A stretch of DNA of 64,000 nt from Camelus ferus (GCF_009834535.1 NC_045696.1:117988001-118052000), one strand, 5' to 3'. Shown: positions 12,046 through 25,128, counted from the stretch's first letter. A program made the numbers and translations. Notes: generated by a model not told the origin, from the letters alone.

Positions 12046-13079
12046 TCCCAGAGCAAGGCAGGAAGATTTGACTGGGACTTTGGGAGACAGAGTTTGACAC
12101 TCAGTTCTCTTCCTTCCAGCTGCGGGATCTACTGCCCTTTGGACTGCCCGCGTCCTAGAATCCTGAATCTTATGAATGTCTGTCTGTGCAGACACACACT
12201 TCCATACACTGATAAGGGAACTGAAGTAACCATTACAGGAAGCTTCACGAGGCCCCCAAGGAAAAGCCAATCCACCAGCTCTGCTCTGCTGACCTGACCT
12301 CACCTGCTGGTCTGTCACCTTCAGCAGATGACTGAGGACCAGCCCCTTCCGTAGCTTATTCGTGCTGCACAGGTGTAACGCAGGTGCTGCAGCACCAAGA
12401 ACCAAACCTCAGCTAATCAAAAGGCCACAGAACAAAACAATTCTCTGTGGCACACTGGACGTGGGGAAATGCAAATTTGCAAAGCAGTGGGCCTTTTACA
12501 GGAGAACTGATTCAGGGGGAAAAAAAGCATTAATTCTTTAACATATATGCTCTAACAACTGGATTGTATCTGTGGTGGCAATCTTATCTCCCAGGCATCT
12601 TCCTGGTACCCACTGAGCATCCTCAGAGCGCCAGCCCATGCACAAACCCCTCCTAAAAGATTTGCACAGCTTCCTTGTGCACGGGGCATGATCCCTCTGC
12701 CACATGAACTTTTTCTGACTCCTTGGAACTGCCAGCAGCCATTTCCCTTGGCTTCTGGCTGTGACAAAAGCACCACTGCCTCCCTGGCATCAGATGGAAA
12801 ATGTAATTTTATGAAAACGCCAAAGTCAAAATCTTTCCAAAGTCAAAACCCTTCAATCTGTGCCATACTACTGGAAGACAGTCGGAGGGTCTCCATAACC
12901 CAAGAGTACTTTCAAATTTTGCAGATTCTTCTCTATATTGAAATAAGTGCATTTCTATCCTCTCTCACAGGTCTTTCCCCACATCCTCTGTTTATGGGAG
13001 GATTTTTGTTTCATAATGCCACACAAAGTTCTCTATCTAATAGACTTGGATAATGCGAGTATTAAAAGAATCCTCGCTT

Positions 13080-13385
13080 CTTGGGACTAGACGGCACTTT
13101 TAGAGATGGTCTGGTCCAGGGTTCGTAACTTGGGGTCCCCAGACAACTAGGAGACTCATAAATGAGCTACAGAACACATACGAATCTTCCATTGCATAGA
13201 AAATGGTGTGCGTGCATTTTTCAGAGAAAAGAGTTCAGAGCTTTTATCAAACCATCAAAGACCAAAGAAATGGTCTGCTCTGGCCCATTTTTAATAAGAA
13301 AACTGAGGCTCAGAGAAAAGAAGTAACCTTCTAAAAGTCATGCCAGTTAATTTGACACAATTGAGACTGGAAATTGTTCTCCAAA
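13080..13385 (-). mobile_element. MIR interrupted by a MITE
   Basis: ttagagatggtctggtc [insert] ccatttttaataagaaaactgaggctcagagaaaagaagtaacc. Confidence 0.7.
13117..13277 (+). mobile_element. MER103C-like hAT-Charlie MITE
   Basis: CAG...CTG ends; gtgtgcgtgcatttttcagagaaaagagttcagagcttttatca core; imperfect 8-bp TSD GTCTGGTC (13109-13116) / CTCTGGCC (13278-13285). Confidence 0.65.
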
Positions 13386-13942
13386 GTCATAATCGACCAC
13401 TGTATTCACTATAACCAGCTACAAAGGGCATTTTTCTTTTTGCCTTCAGGTAATTCACTCGCCAAAGTTCATTCAAACTCCTTGGGTTTTGTTGTAAGTC
13501 AAGAAAGCCAAAAAAAAAAAAAAATCAGAACTGACAATTTCAAGGAAATGCACAATTGATGGTATGTTGTGTTCTGAGTTATTATGACCCAGATTCTCAC
13601 ATTGTTACCTACATTGAAGGAAATCTGAGAAATTCAAGGTTGCTTAGCAAAATCTAGTTTTTTTTCCTTTCCTTAAATCTTAGGATTATTTTAGAAGGAA
13701 GACCCCACCATTGGTTCCTTCCCAGAGGTATATTTGTTTCGTTTTTCAAATATACTCATTTATTGGCTTGTGCTGTATGCCTTGGACCTGGGGTCAACAT
13801 AAGCACACGGATGACTCAGAGATGCGTGCATGTTGACATTACTCGCCCAGCAGCAATTTTTAACGGCTTGGAGAGGAAAAAAAATTATTTGTTTTTTAAC
13901 TGAAGCTTTTAAGTCACTTGAAGTGTGTTTATTTCTTTCTTC

Positions 13943-14190
13943 CATGGTATAATGATCAAAAGGCCAAACTTAAAGCAGACAGACTTGGACTTAATCTTGG
14001 CCCCACCCCTCAGCATCCCATTTGACCCTGGACAAATCATTTAACCTCTCCAAACCGCAGTGTTCTCAACCACAGGAGCCACCTCCTAGACTCATTACGA
14101 GGATTATTATAAAACAAAAAGCTCAAAGACTTTGCACTGCGTATGGTACAGAGAAAGTGCTCAGTAAGGATGCACTCATGATTACGATAA
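13943..14190 (+). mobile_element. MIR SINE
   Basis: tgaccctggacaaatcatttaacctctc core; tail ggtacagagaaagtgctcagtaa. Confidence 0.7.
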
Positions 14191-14247
14191 ATTTTAGATG
14201 CCACCAGTCAGGTAGTTTAAGGTATATAAGAAGCTCAACAAACCCAT

Positions 14248-14707
14248 TGTAGCAGCTAGAATAAGGGTTCCCAAAATGATGTACCCACACCCTCAGCCCC
14301 TGAACCTGTGAACTTTACCTGATTGGTAAAAAGTATCTTTGCAGACGTACTGAAGTTAAAGATCTTGAGAGACGATCACCCTGGATTATCCAGGTGGACC
14401 GTAAATACAATGACAAGTGTTCTTATAAGAGACACACAGAGAAGAGATGCTGGAGGGAAGGAGAAAGCATGCGGAGATGCAGGCAGAGATTAAAGCTACA
14501 CAGCCTCACGCCCTGGGGCTCCCTGAGCGGCCAGAAGCGGGAAGCAGCCAGGAAGGGTTTTCCGCTGGAGCCACAGGAGGGAGCGCGGCTGCTCAGCACC
14601 TTGATTTCAGACTTCCGGTCTCTGGAACTGTAAAAGGATATATTTCTTTTGTTTGAAGCCACCAAATTTGTGGTAATCTGCTACAGCAGCCTCAGGAGAC
14701 AAATACA
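14248..14707 (+). mobile_element. MaLR solo LTR (MLT1B/C-like)
   Basis: TG...CA termini; tctttgcagacgt, ctggattatccaggtgg, caccttgatttcagacttccggtctctggaactgt, aagccaccaaatttgtggtaat; 5-bp TSD CCCAT / CCCAC. Confidence 0.9.
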
Positions 14708-16419
14708 CCCACTGATGCTTTAAGTGCAATTCTGTGTATTATTGATACACACTTACATAGTCTGCAAAGATATAAAATTGGGATGCTTTTCAAGCAAGTC
14801 TCACACATAATAAAATGTTTTGTTTCTACTCAGCAAAACTGGTGAAAAAGTTAACGAGGGACCTCATTCTTCTGGTGGGTCTCCCTGACTTCTAGGTCCA
14901 TCTTCTGGGGTGTGCACCAGAGGAATGCAATCTGCAGAAGGCGTGGAGTCACACCAGAAAAGCACCCTCTTCTCCCCTCCCCCGTCCTCTCACCGTGTCC
15001 TTCCTCAAAGAGAACAGACTCGCATGAAGCACCTCACTCGGTTTCGCAACAAAGAAGGGAAAGCACAGAGTCTGTCAAACCCAGGGATGACCCCACTGAC
15101 CTCACTAAAGGAGGAGCTGCCCAACAGAGGCATGCCCTGATTCAGTCCTGCCAACGGAATGTTGCTTCTGCCTCTACTCAAAGGAGAGTGGTGCACAGAA
15201 GGAAGGAAAAAATTAAAGCAATTTTATTTCATTCTATTGCGAGTAGGTTAAAGAATCATCTCTTTAAGAATGTTTACCTGCCCATAAAATGGCGTTGCCC
15301 AGTGGGTCCTCAGCAACGCCAGGTGATGCTTTTTTTCCTTGAAAATGGTTCAACCAGTTTTGTCACCTGCCGTCATGGCTAATGTGATCAAATGCATAAC
15401 CAGTCCTATCATGTCAGTGTTCCACCCGGGGCCCCTCACACCCCCTTGATAGGGTCTGTGCACCCATCCCCCAGCTTCTGAATTCTCCGCTCCCAGGTTG
15501 CCAACTACAATTGTCACTGCTTCCACACCATCCTTCCCAGACTCGGGCTGCCTCTCTTCACTACAGCTGGATGCTCCTAGGAGTTCACAACAGCTGCTCC
15601 CCGCCCCCCACCTCCCACCCTCCCAACAGTCAGCAGCCAGTCACTGGCCCCACGTCACAGAACATCTCACAGCTTGGGACTATGTTAGTCATGCTGAGTG
15701 TCACATGACTACAAACTCATCCTCCTGAATCCGCACGTCTGATCAGTCTAGGAGACTCTTGGGTATTTTAGTAGGTAGAGATGATGGATAAATAGATACA
15801 GAAATAAATAGATAGATATTTATCTTTGATGATATCAAATATTCACCCTCTGGGAGTAGATTTCATTCTTGGAGGCAGACAAAAGACTAGTGAACAAAGC
15901 AATGGATCAAGCCAGGTAACCCAGCTTTGGGCCAAAAGGGGAATAAGTTAAAAAAAAAAAAAAAAAAGATGGATTGTCTTATGTGGCTTACAGACCAACC
16001 GACCAACTCTAAGAAATATTCCAAAAGAAGCAATCAGATCATTCTGGACAATGACAGCACCCCCAGCATTTGGATGATTTTGCTGCTGAGTGTTTGTTAA
16101 TATTTCTTCTTACTTCTAACTTCCTAGCCACACATTACATATGAGTCACCATGTTAACATGTAGGCTGAACACACATGCCATTCTGAGGAAGAATGGACT
16201 TGATAAGTCTCTTTAAAAGACTTCTTTTATCATTAAAAACAGTAACAACAACAAAATAATCCTGACACTTCTTAGTCTTTGTCGCTTTTTGGCCAATGAG
16301 ACCCACATGGCTTCAAATCAGGAAGGAATTGCCAGTAGCTCCAAAACAGAATGGGAGCCAGATAAGAGTGAGGTGAGGGGGGAAAGCATCCTCTGAGAAA
16401 ACAGCAGGTGGACAGAAAG

Positions 16420-16613
16420 GTGGCAGAAGAGAAGACACCCGGGGCAAAATCAGGAGTCCTGGGTTCAAACCCAGAGATTCTGTCCTACTAATTTATTCAA
16501 GTCATTTAGCCTACCTGAACCTATTTCCCCACTTGCAGAGTGGGCAAAATACTCTTGGGGTTTTGAGGATCAATTGAGATTCAGCTATGTAAAAATATTT
16601 TGTGAGCTGTAAG
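16420..16613 (+). mobile_element. MIR (MIRc/MIR3-like)
   Basis: tcaggagtcctgggttcaaaccc ... caagtcatttagcctacctgaacctatttccccacttg ... tgaggatcaattgagat. Confidence 0.65.
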
Positions 16614-18254
16614 CATGAGAAAAACATTAAGCAAAAAACGATAAGCAAAAATCAGCAATGTCTGAGGATTTCCAGCTGTCCCTGCACCACGACCTGCCTG
16701 ACAAAGAGAATCTGCTTTCTGGTTGTTCCCCTCCCATGCCCTGCCCCAGCATCTCTGCAGTGCGCCCTGCAGAGCCCGTCTTCCACTAACTGCTTCTTTG
16801 GGCTTTGCTGAGGCAGAATTGGGAGGATGGAGAGAACACAAAGAAATCAAAAAGAAAAGAAAAATGAAAGGAAAGGAAAAGAAAAGCTAAAGGCAATTTC
16901 TACATTAGAGTGGTGAGGGAGAACAAAATTGAAGGAGGAGAGAAATAGTGGTGCGTTTTGGAGGCAGAGAAATTTTTAAGTCATTTAAGGAGAGAGACAC
17001 TGGAGTAATTGCAAAGTGTAAGAGTTGATTGAAGAGAAGCCAGTTGCTGTAGAGTTGAATTTAGATCCTATCACAGATTTCCAAAATTAAAATAGAGAAG
17101 AGAATTCCTTTTTAATTACTATGGCTTTGAAAGTATGATTCTTGAACAAGATGTGGCTTCCAGACTGAGCCACATGGGGTACTGGTTTTACAAGGATTGT
17201 AAACTCTTAGCTGGTTGGATTGAGGGGTTTGAACTTATCAAGGTGTAACCCTGAAGTTATTTTATTTTCCTGGTAGCTACTACCAACTGTGCTCTGACAA
17301 ATCACCCAGTCTTCCTACAGATGAGTGGGCATCTTTTATGATATCTCCGCCTGATTCCATAACTTTTCGGTCACTTTCAGTTATGAAACAGACCCATTTG
17401 GGTAACTGAAAGGTAGTCCCTGCAACTTAAGAGCTCGTGTTTAATTCAGGGCTCCCCCAGACCCTGGGCAGTCGCGTTGTGGGTCTGGTGGGCTGTAAGG
17501 AATATTATCTTCTCTCTCTTTCCCATACCTCCTTCTTCCACAGAAAGGAGGAAGAGAAATGGGTTATTTTCTAATGCAATTGCTCTGACTAACTGGCTGT
17601 CTTCCTCTCTTCTGACCACAAGCACTGTTCCCTTGCAAGAACACCCCCCTATCTTGGGCTGTTCCTGGATTAGGTGTCTGATCTCTCTCACAGTTCGTAT
17701 CCTCAATGAGGCAGTTGGGGGTCTCCACTGACCCCACTAAAGAGGGAATCCATCCCTACCATTACATTCCCCCTCCTTTGGTGATTCCTTGAAAAAAACG
17801 CAACTGCATATATGATGGCTCCCAGCAGGCACTCCTTAATGCATGAGTCACTTGGCCCCATTACTGAAGAGGTCTCTGACAATCCAGCAGTCCCTGATCT
17901 CATCCATTCTCCAGATTTCCAGTTCTAGAGCCTATGAGCATAACAATCCACCTTCAGCGTCTCTGAGGAATTGGGGCGTCATGGAGACTGCTCCTTTCCA
18001 GAACCATCACACCATCTCTCCTCTGTGCTTTTCACCCATTCAGAGAGCCCTGGGGCAGATCAGCAGATATCCAACCCAGGAACAAAAAATTAGCTTCCCT
18101 TTCTCTTTCAGCTCCAGGTCAGTTCTGCCTGTAAGGAAAGAAAGGTGAGCGAGCCTCTTCAGCAAAATGTGCAGGTCGGCACGGACTCCAAAGCAAGACC
18201 ATCTGGGTTCCAGTCTTACCTTCATCATTTACTAGCTAGGTATGCTGGTTATTT

Positions 18255-18790
18255 ATCTGTTTTCTATCAGCAATAAATTCCTTCTTTCACCCTTCTCTAT
18301 GATGTATCTTAAAATTGGGGCTAGCAGTCTACAAAGTACATTTCCAGACTCCCTTGCCAAGTGGCCTAGCATCTTACAGAATGAAGAAAAGAAGAAGGGA
18401 CACTCAACCTCCCTGCCTCCAGATTCAGCCTCCATCACTCCAGCAGCAGAGGGCAGCCATGGCTTCAACCTCCTCATGCCTCTGGCACCTATGGCATCCT
18501 CCTTATCACACTGTCTCAGAAGTACTAGTTAGATCCATGCTAGTGGCCCCATCCCACCTTCATGATTTGAGTCCCACCTGGCCTTTTCTTTCAGCTGCCT
18601 GAATACAAACCAAGCCTTCCCACCTGCATGGTTGGCTGTGTTTCCCCCTAGAACTCAGAGCACCAATCTGCCATGCCTCCTGCAGAGGTCTGAGCATCAC
18701 GCCTTCAAAATTCCCTTCCAAGACTTAACCACTTGTCCCTGCAGAAGCTCCTCCCCCAAGCTCCCAGCTTCGGCTAACACTTCCTCATCC
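18255..18790 (+). mobile_element. Probable old ERVL-type LTR fragment (LTR33/LTR41-like)
   Basis: tacatttccagactcccttgccaagtggc motif is typical of these LTR 5' regions; the remainder is poorly recognisable. Confidence 0.35.
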
Positions 18791-18794
18791 CTCT

Positions 18795-18906
18795 CCAGGA
18801 ATGGCTGAGTCCTACCCCCAAGGATTCTTAATTAATTGGTCTTGGGTAGGGCCTGGGATCAGGATTTTAAAACATGATTATGCACCCAAGGTGGAGAACC
18901 AACGCA
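18795..18906. mobile_element. MER5-like hAT-Charlie MITE fragment
   Basis: gattcttaattaattggtcttgggtagggcctgggatcaggattttaaaa ... ggtggagaacca. Confidence 0.7.
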
Positions 18907-19069
18907 ATAAGGCATATTTACAAATAATGAGAAAAGTTTCATGCCAATGTAGTGAACTTTTATAACACTAGTTCTCTAAGACCATCAGCATATTTGCAAA
19001 AGTGTTGTTCACAGATGAGGTGGAAACAAGGATGGCTGTGTAATTAATTCTTGAAGTCAGAAGGTAGTT

Positions 19070-19260
19070 ACTGAAATTTAACATGCCCAGCACTCAAGCT
19101 GGGTACTACTCAGGACACGAGGAAGTAAAAGACATGGTTCCTGATCATCAGATAACTTAAATTTCATTAGAGAAGTCAAGATAATTACACATGAAAAGAA
19201 TTAAGGAACTACACAGAGATATAAAGAGGTAATCAAAAACACAAAATACAACAGAGATGG
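19070..19260 (-). mobile_element. L2 fragment
   Basis: catgcccagcactcaagctgggtact ... aagacatggttcctgatcatc is the reverse L2 3' region. Confidence 0.5.
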
Positions 19261-20324
19261 TTCAGTTCAGTGTTAAAAACAACCCCTCTCTCTCTTCCGT
19301 GCCTCACTGAGACAGGTGAACGCACGTACCTCCACCTACGGGTCTCAAATTAGACTGTAAATGCTCTGCATCCAAATCCCCTGGGTCACTTTTATTTTGA
19401 GATTCTCAAGCCCCACTCCATGTCTGTAAGTCAGAGGTGGTTTCCAACCACACAGGAAAAACACTGGCTTAGGCATTACTCCCTTCCACTTTCTTTAGCA
19501 GGCAGCACCCTGCACCTGGGACCCAGGGTCTGACCTTTCACCCCACTGACCCCTCCCCCGGCCTGAGCTCCTGACCTCCTTGTCACAAAGTATCTTCTGC
19601 ACCAAACTGCTTCAAGACTTGACCAAGAACTCTGCACCAGTCCCAGCCCTAATCTCTACCCTCACCTAATCACTGCCGACCTGGGGTTCCACCAAGCCCG
19701 CCAGCTCCTGGGGCTCTCTCTGATGCCTCTTACCTGCCTCCACGCACCTAGTCTTGCCTCTGAAGCTCACAGCAAGGCTCCTTCAGGCCAGATGGGCTAA
19801 CATCATGTGAGCTGCCCTTTCTGGAAAGTGGGGCTTACTCTGTACCTTGCCAGTTGGTACAGAATGGAGCAAACCGGTCATCATGGCCCCGAAACTCATA
19901 GCCTCAGACCCATCAGTGGAGAGTTTTGAGCTAGCAAGCTAAAGGCAGGAAAGCATATTCAATTATAGAAATTACCAAATTATGCCTTCTCCCTCTTGGG
20001 GAGGGAAACAGAAAGAGCTAACGGGCTTTGTGCTGCTCTGAATATTAATACAACATGCGTGTGACGGGTTCTGCTTCACAAAACCTGTTACGCGTCTGAC
20101 CTCTGGGGACCCCTTCAACAACTCTGCAAGGGAGACCATGCTGTTATTTTCACGCCCACTTTGTGATTGAGGAAACTGAGCCCCTATGCCCATCTTTGGA
20201 GACTTCTGACCCTCCAGAAGGCTCTCTAGTCATCAACTAGCATCCACCAGGGTCCAGGTGGCCCTACAGCAGGGATAAAGGGCACCACAGCTGTGCCAGG
20301 CATTTCACACCCTTTAGTCTTCTC

Positions 20325-20729
20325 CCCACTGGCTTCCCTGCTGTTCCTCCCGCATGCCAGACACCTCCTGCCTCAGGACTGTGACCCTAGCTGGTTTCTA
20401 CCTGGGTTGAGCCCTCGCCAGCTACCTATATAACTGGCTCCCTTCCTTACTTCCTTCCAGACTTTAGTGAAATATCCCTTTCTCTGTGAAGCCTTCCCTG
20501 ACCAACCTACCTAAAATTCCAGCTCCTCACCACCAATGCCTACCCCTTCCCTGCTGGCTTTTTTTTTTTTTTTTCCCCCTCCATAGCACGTATCACCATT
20601 TGACTCAACATTTCTGTTCTTTAGTGTCTATCTGCCTCTCAGTAGCATGTAAACTTCACGAGTACATTGTCGTATCTGTGGTGTTCACTGCACAGAGTAG
20701 GCAGTCAATCAATACTTGTCAAATGAATA
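20325..20729 (+). mobile_element. L2a 3' fragment
   Basis: cctgcctcaggactgtg ... tctctgtgaagccttccctgacca ... gcacagagtaggcagtcaatcaatacttgtcaaatgaat. Confidence 0.8.
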
Positions 20730-20744
20730 CACTGTATCATCCAA

Positions 20745-21095
20745 GCCCTCAGCATCCCAGCGAGATGAGTGTTACTGGTTCCATTCTAGAGATGAGGAAA
20801 CTAAGACAAAGAGAGTTGGAGTGACATACACTCCATCTAGAGTTGCCACCTTCAGGAAATAAAAATACAGGACACCCGATTAAACCTGAATATCGGAAAA
20901 CAACAATAAAAATTTAATGTAAGTGCATCTCACGTAACATTTGGGATATAGATTAGAAAAAAATTTGAAATGTTACCTGAAATTCAAATTTAACTGGGCA
21001 TCCTGTATTTTATATGGTGGCCCTGCTTAAATCACACTATAAGCAAGAGACAGAGCTGGGAATCTAACCCAAGTTTCTTTGATACCAAAGCCCTT
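20745..21095 (-). mobile_element. MIR interrupted by MER53
   Basis: ccattctagagatgaggaaactaagacaaagagag [insert] agagctgggaatctaacccaagtttctttgataccaaagccc. Confidence 0.75.
20838..21025. mobile_element. MER53-like palindromic MITE
   Basis: Inverted ends tagagttgcca...aaaatacaggacacccgattaaacctgaat / attcaaatttaactgggcatcctgtatttt...tggtggccctg. Confidence 0.8.
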
Positions 21096-22173
21096 CCCAG
21101 AGCCCAGAGTCTCTCCTTCTGAAAAAAAGAGGTTAGACAAAAGACAAACCTATCCACCCCTACAAAGACCGCGGATGAAGAGACCACCGTGCCAGGCCTT
21201 GCCAAGTTTCGGCAGAGTCTCTGACTCAGCTGTACCTACTCATCAGAGAGGAAAAAGCTCACTTCATTCTCCCAGGCTGTCAGTCTTACAGCTTTCATAA
21301 GCATTAAATTAATTTAAAAATCTAGAGCCTCTCAATGGAATTACAGTCCTCTAATTCAGTTGCCCGTTACTTATTCTGTATTAATAATCCCATTCTATGA
21401 CCAGCCGTTGGATATAGAGGAGTTGATCTCATAAAATTTTAAAGTAAACCTGTTTCGTTCCCAGGAGGGCCCAGTGTGACAGAACATATTACAGAAGATT
21501 GACAAGAAAATATTTGGGTAGCCAGGACATCCTCTGGAGCAGCTTAAGACATTTAAATGACTCGTCTGCAGGGAGGTGATACTTCTAGGAAAAGAATGGC
21601 GGCTGGTGTAAGGCGGAGATCCCTCCGCCAATCGTGTAGGAACTAACCCAATCTAACGCTGTCTAGCTTCATCAGCCCTCATTCAGGTTTCATTAGCAAA
21701 TATCTTTCTTCACCATTACCGGATATCATTTCCTAAGTATGAAGCTTATTATATAGGTTGGCGTTTGAAATCTTGGGAAGAGCAAAGTTTAGATCTTGTG
21801 ATCTTTGGAGGAACTTTAGGGTCCCAGAGTGTTTCTGGGTCTTTTCTATGCAGAGTTGCTCAAACCAACTTGTTTAATAAGTCACAAAGCACAGCACAGA
21901 CCCAACTGAGCTAGGACTGATGCACAGAGGACCTTGGGAAGGCATTCTGCACATCAAGCAGAGGGTGCGGTGCCCCGTAAGGCACCTCCTGTAGAATTAA
22001 TCACATCTTGCTTTTCTTTTATGAGCCCAAGAATTTGGTCCACAGATGCTAGTTTACTGTGAAGTCATTTAAGTTATTCCTCAAGGTAAATTACAAGTTC
22101 AGAACCTCTCATGAACTGTATTTTATTAATTCTCAGCATTTCCATGGCATATAAAAGATGCAGTAGTTCTGAG

Positions 22174-22637
22174 TTTTTTATATTGAAGTATAGTTGATTT
22201 ACAATGTTTCAGGTGTACAGCAAAGTGATTCAATTATACATATAAATATATTCTTTTTTCTATTGTTTTCCATTATAGGTTATTATAAGAAATTGAATAT
22301 AGTTCCCTGTGCTACACAGTAGGTCCTTGTTGTTTATCTATTTTATATATATTAATGTGTATCTGTTAATCCCATACTCCTAACTTATTCCTCCCCCCTC
22401 TTCCCCTTTGGTAACTACAAGTTTGTTTTCTACGTCTGTGAGTCTATTTCTATTTTGTAAATAAGTTCCTTTGTATCATTTTTTTAGATTCCACATGTAA
22501 GCGATATCATATGATATTTGTCTTTCTCTGTCTGACTTACTTCACTGAGTATGATCACCTCTAGGCCCATCCATGTTGCTGCAAATGGCATTGTATCACT
22601 CTTTTTTATGGCTGAGTAATATTCCATGGTATATATA
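22174..22637 (-). mobile_element. 5'-truncated L1 3' end
   Basis: Begins ttttttatattgaagtatagttgatttacaatgttt and ends ccatgttgctgcaaatggcatt...ggctgagtaatattccat; flanking direct repeat core ATATAAAAGATG. Confidence 0.93.
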
Positions 22638-22774
22638 AAAGATGTAATTCTGCTCTCTTCCTATCATATCTTTCCTTGACTTCTAAAAGCACACGTGTGC
22701 ACACCCAAACACATGTTCACACAGTTGTACACAAAGCCCAACCCACCAACCTAAAGCTTCATCCTCCACGTCAG

Positions 22775-23171
22775 AGAGATTGACTGGAGATGGGCATGTG
22801 ATGCAAAATGGACCAATCAGTGCCTTTCCTTGAGATTATCTCACTGGTGCTAGCAAAGGAGCCCTTTGCCTCTAAGTCTCAGATCTAAAAGAGAATGAAC
22901 CCAAGGCTAATGGTCATCATAATTTCTGGCCATGTGAAGACAGCTGTCTGTCACAGGAAAGAACGAAACTGGGACAGAGAGAGATTCCTAGCAGAACACA
23001 TTTCCCTGGTTTAGTCTCAGGCTCCAAAGCTGCCCCAGTTCCTCCTTAAGCTCTTGCTTCAGACTATAAGCTGACCCAGAATCCTTCAGATAAAAACTTT
23101 TTCTCCTTTAACTTAAGCTATTTTGAGCTGAGTTTCTCTCTCTTGCCACCAGAAGAATCCAGACTTAAACA
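22775..23171 (+). mobile_element. Old MaLR LTR (MLT1J/K/L-like)
   Basis: gatgggcatgtgatgcaaaatggaccaatcag ... cttaagctattttgagctgagtttctctctcttgccaccagaagaatccagacttaaaca. Confidence 0.7.
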
Positions 23172-23329
23172 TAGGGTGAAAATAGTATTCCCATTTTATA
23201 AATAAGAAAAATAAAGCACCCCAGGTTCTGTGTAAATACACCATTAAACTTTGAAATTGCTGCTATTCATCTGAAAGCTAATGCTTGCGACACACCTCTC
23301 CCGTGGCAGTGACTTCCGGAGTCTTTTAT

Positions 23330-23560
23330 AATTCACTGTAAAAACACAGATTTTACACAGTGGCCCATTATATACATGAGTGTGTGTAGGAAACAAACAT
23401 TTCACATAATACTTACCCTTATTAAGTGTGATGTCCTCTTTTATTCTCTATTCTATTTCATTCTTTCAAATGCTGTTTGTGACCCACTAAATTGATTTCC
23501 CCTCCCGCTAAGCTGATTTCATAACCCACTAGTGAATCCAAAATTGTAACTGTTTAAAAA
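23330..23560. mobile_element. hAT-Charlie MITE fragment (MER113/MER119-like)
   Basis: aatacttacccttattaagtgtgatg ... gtgacccactaaattgatttc ... ataacccactagtg. Confidence 0.55.
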
Positions 23561-24059
23561 AAAATTGTACAATAGCCCTTTTCACAATATATTGCTAATT
23601 AAATAATCCTTCTCCCCACTCTAAATTTCCCTTAGGTGAAACTCTAGAATATGTAGATTAACTCATGCATTCATTGTGCCTTGAACATATATAAATCCCA
23701 AGTCATTCCCAAAAGGAATGATTAGAAAAAGAGAATATTGGGGGATGGGAGGAGAAGAGGGAAGGCAGGAGAAACTGAGCACAGGATTTGGCCATCGAGC
23801 CATCAGAGAGATAAAGGGAGTGAGCCCATGCTGCCAACCTGGCCTTCAGTCATCTCCATTGCCCATCCACCTCATGGCAGGATTAGCATGCCCTAATCAG
23901 ACTCTTGTTGGTTTTCCCTCCTCCTCCTGCTCCTTCTCCTCTAGTCCTCTGGCTTCACAAAGGGACCAGCATCAACCAGGGTATTCAGGACACAGACTAT
24001 TTTCCAAACCAAGCTCCGAGGTCAAAGCATATCCTAAGTCCAGCCAGGACTCCCACAGA

Positions 24060-24630
24060 AAGCACTCAAGTCAGACCATGGTCATCTTCCACTTGGACTT
24101 GTCCAAGAGCTTCCTAATGCTCACCCCAGTCCACTCACTCCCAACCATCCTGTCTCCACAGAGCTGCTGGAGTAATCTTCTAAAAATCTGAATCAGATCA
24201 TGTCACTCCCCACTTAAATTCCTCCAAAGTCTTCCCACTCCCATTTAGAACCGAACCCAACCACCTTACCTTGCCTCCCTCTCCCATCTCCAGACTCATC
24301 CTCCTCAGTTCACGTCACCATGATCCAACCGTCTTGCTCTTCCTTGAATACACCCCCGTCACTCTTACCTCGGGACTTATGTACTTCCTGCTCCTTTCGG
24401 CTACAACGTCCTCTCCCCAGATCTTCTCTCTGCCCTTAGGTCTCTACTCAAATGTGTTGGCCCCAGAGCAGCCCTCCTGAGCACCTTACTGCATGCAGCC
24501 CCGGTCCCCTACCATTCTCCATTCCTTCTCTCTGTTTTGTTTCCCTGCCTTGCACTTATCACTACCTTAAACTATGTTATGTGCTTGTTGAAGAGCTGTC
24601 TCCCTCACTAGATCATAGCTTCCTTGAATG
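24060..24630 (+). mobile_element. L2 fragment
   Basis: taatcttctaaaaatctgaatcagatcatgtcactcccc ... tctccctcactagatcatagcttccttga. Confidence 0.8.
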
Positions 24631-24674
24631 CTAGTATTAACTGCTGACTCCCTGAAAGGAGCATTAAAATGAGC

Positions 24675-25128
24675 TGTTGCTGAAGCAAAACCAAGTTCCT
24701 GGCTCACTGCAGCCAAGGAATCCAATGCCTTGACAGTCTTAGTAGCAACTCAGAATGGAGCAGTGAAGGACAGGATGTTTTAAAGTTTGGGGTTTCTGTT
24801 TAGGAAGAGTATTTCAATGCAGGTATCTGGATTGGAATTGAGTAAATTTATTGTGACAGAATAGTTTAGGATTGGTGGACTCAGTGGGAAAGCAAATAGT
24901 CATTTGATAATCTAGTCAAGTATGATCCTGAGAAAGGGTTCTTATTACCCTGATGAGACCTAGTTTCCTTGCCCATTATTCTGGAAAAATTTGATCTTCA
25001 CAAGTTCCTGAAACAATAAGTTTACTTGCAAATTCATCTTTCCAGACAAAAATTTTCTGGGGGAGTAAAGTCATATTAATGTAGTCTTAGTTCTTAATCC
25101 TATTAAGCTAGTGACTGCATAAGGTTTC
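24675..25128. mobile_element. Possible solo LTR lying between L2/MIR pieces (family not identified)
   Basis: About 450-bp block with TG...CA ends separating an L2 fragment from an L2/MIR-type tail at about 25140-25220. Confidence 0.3.

Noticed and set aside
12383..12396. Perfect 14-bp palindrome GGTGCTGCAGCACC / REST-like half site
   Set aside because: About four such palindromes are expected by chance in 64 kb (64000/4^7), and the second REST half-site (GGACAG) is missing.
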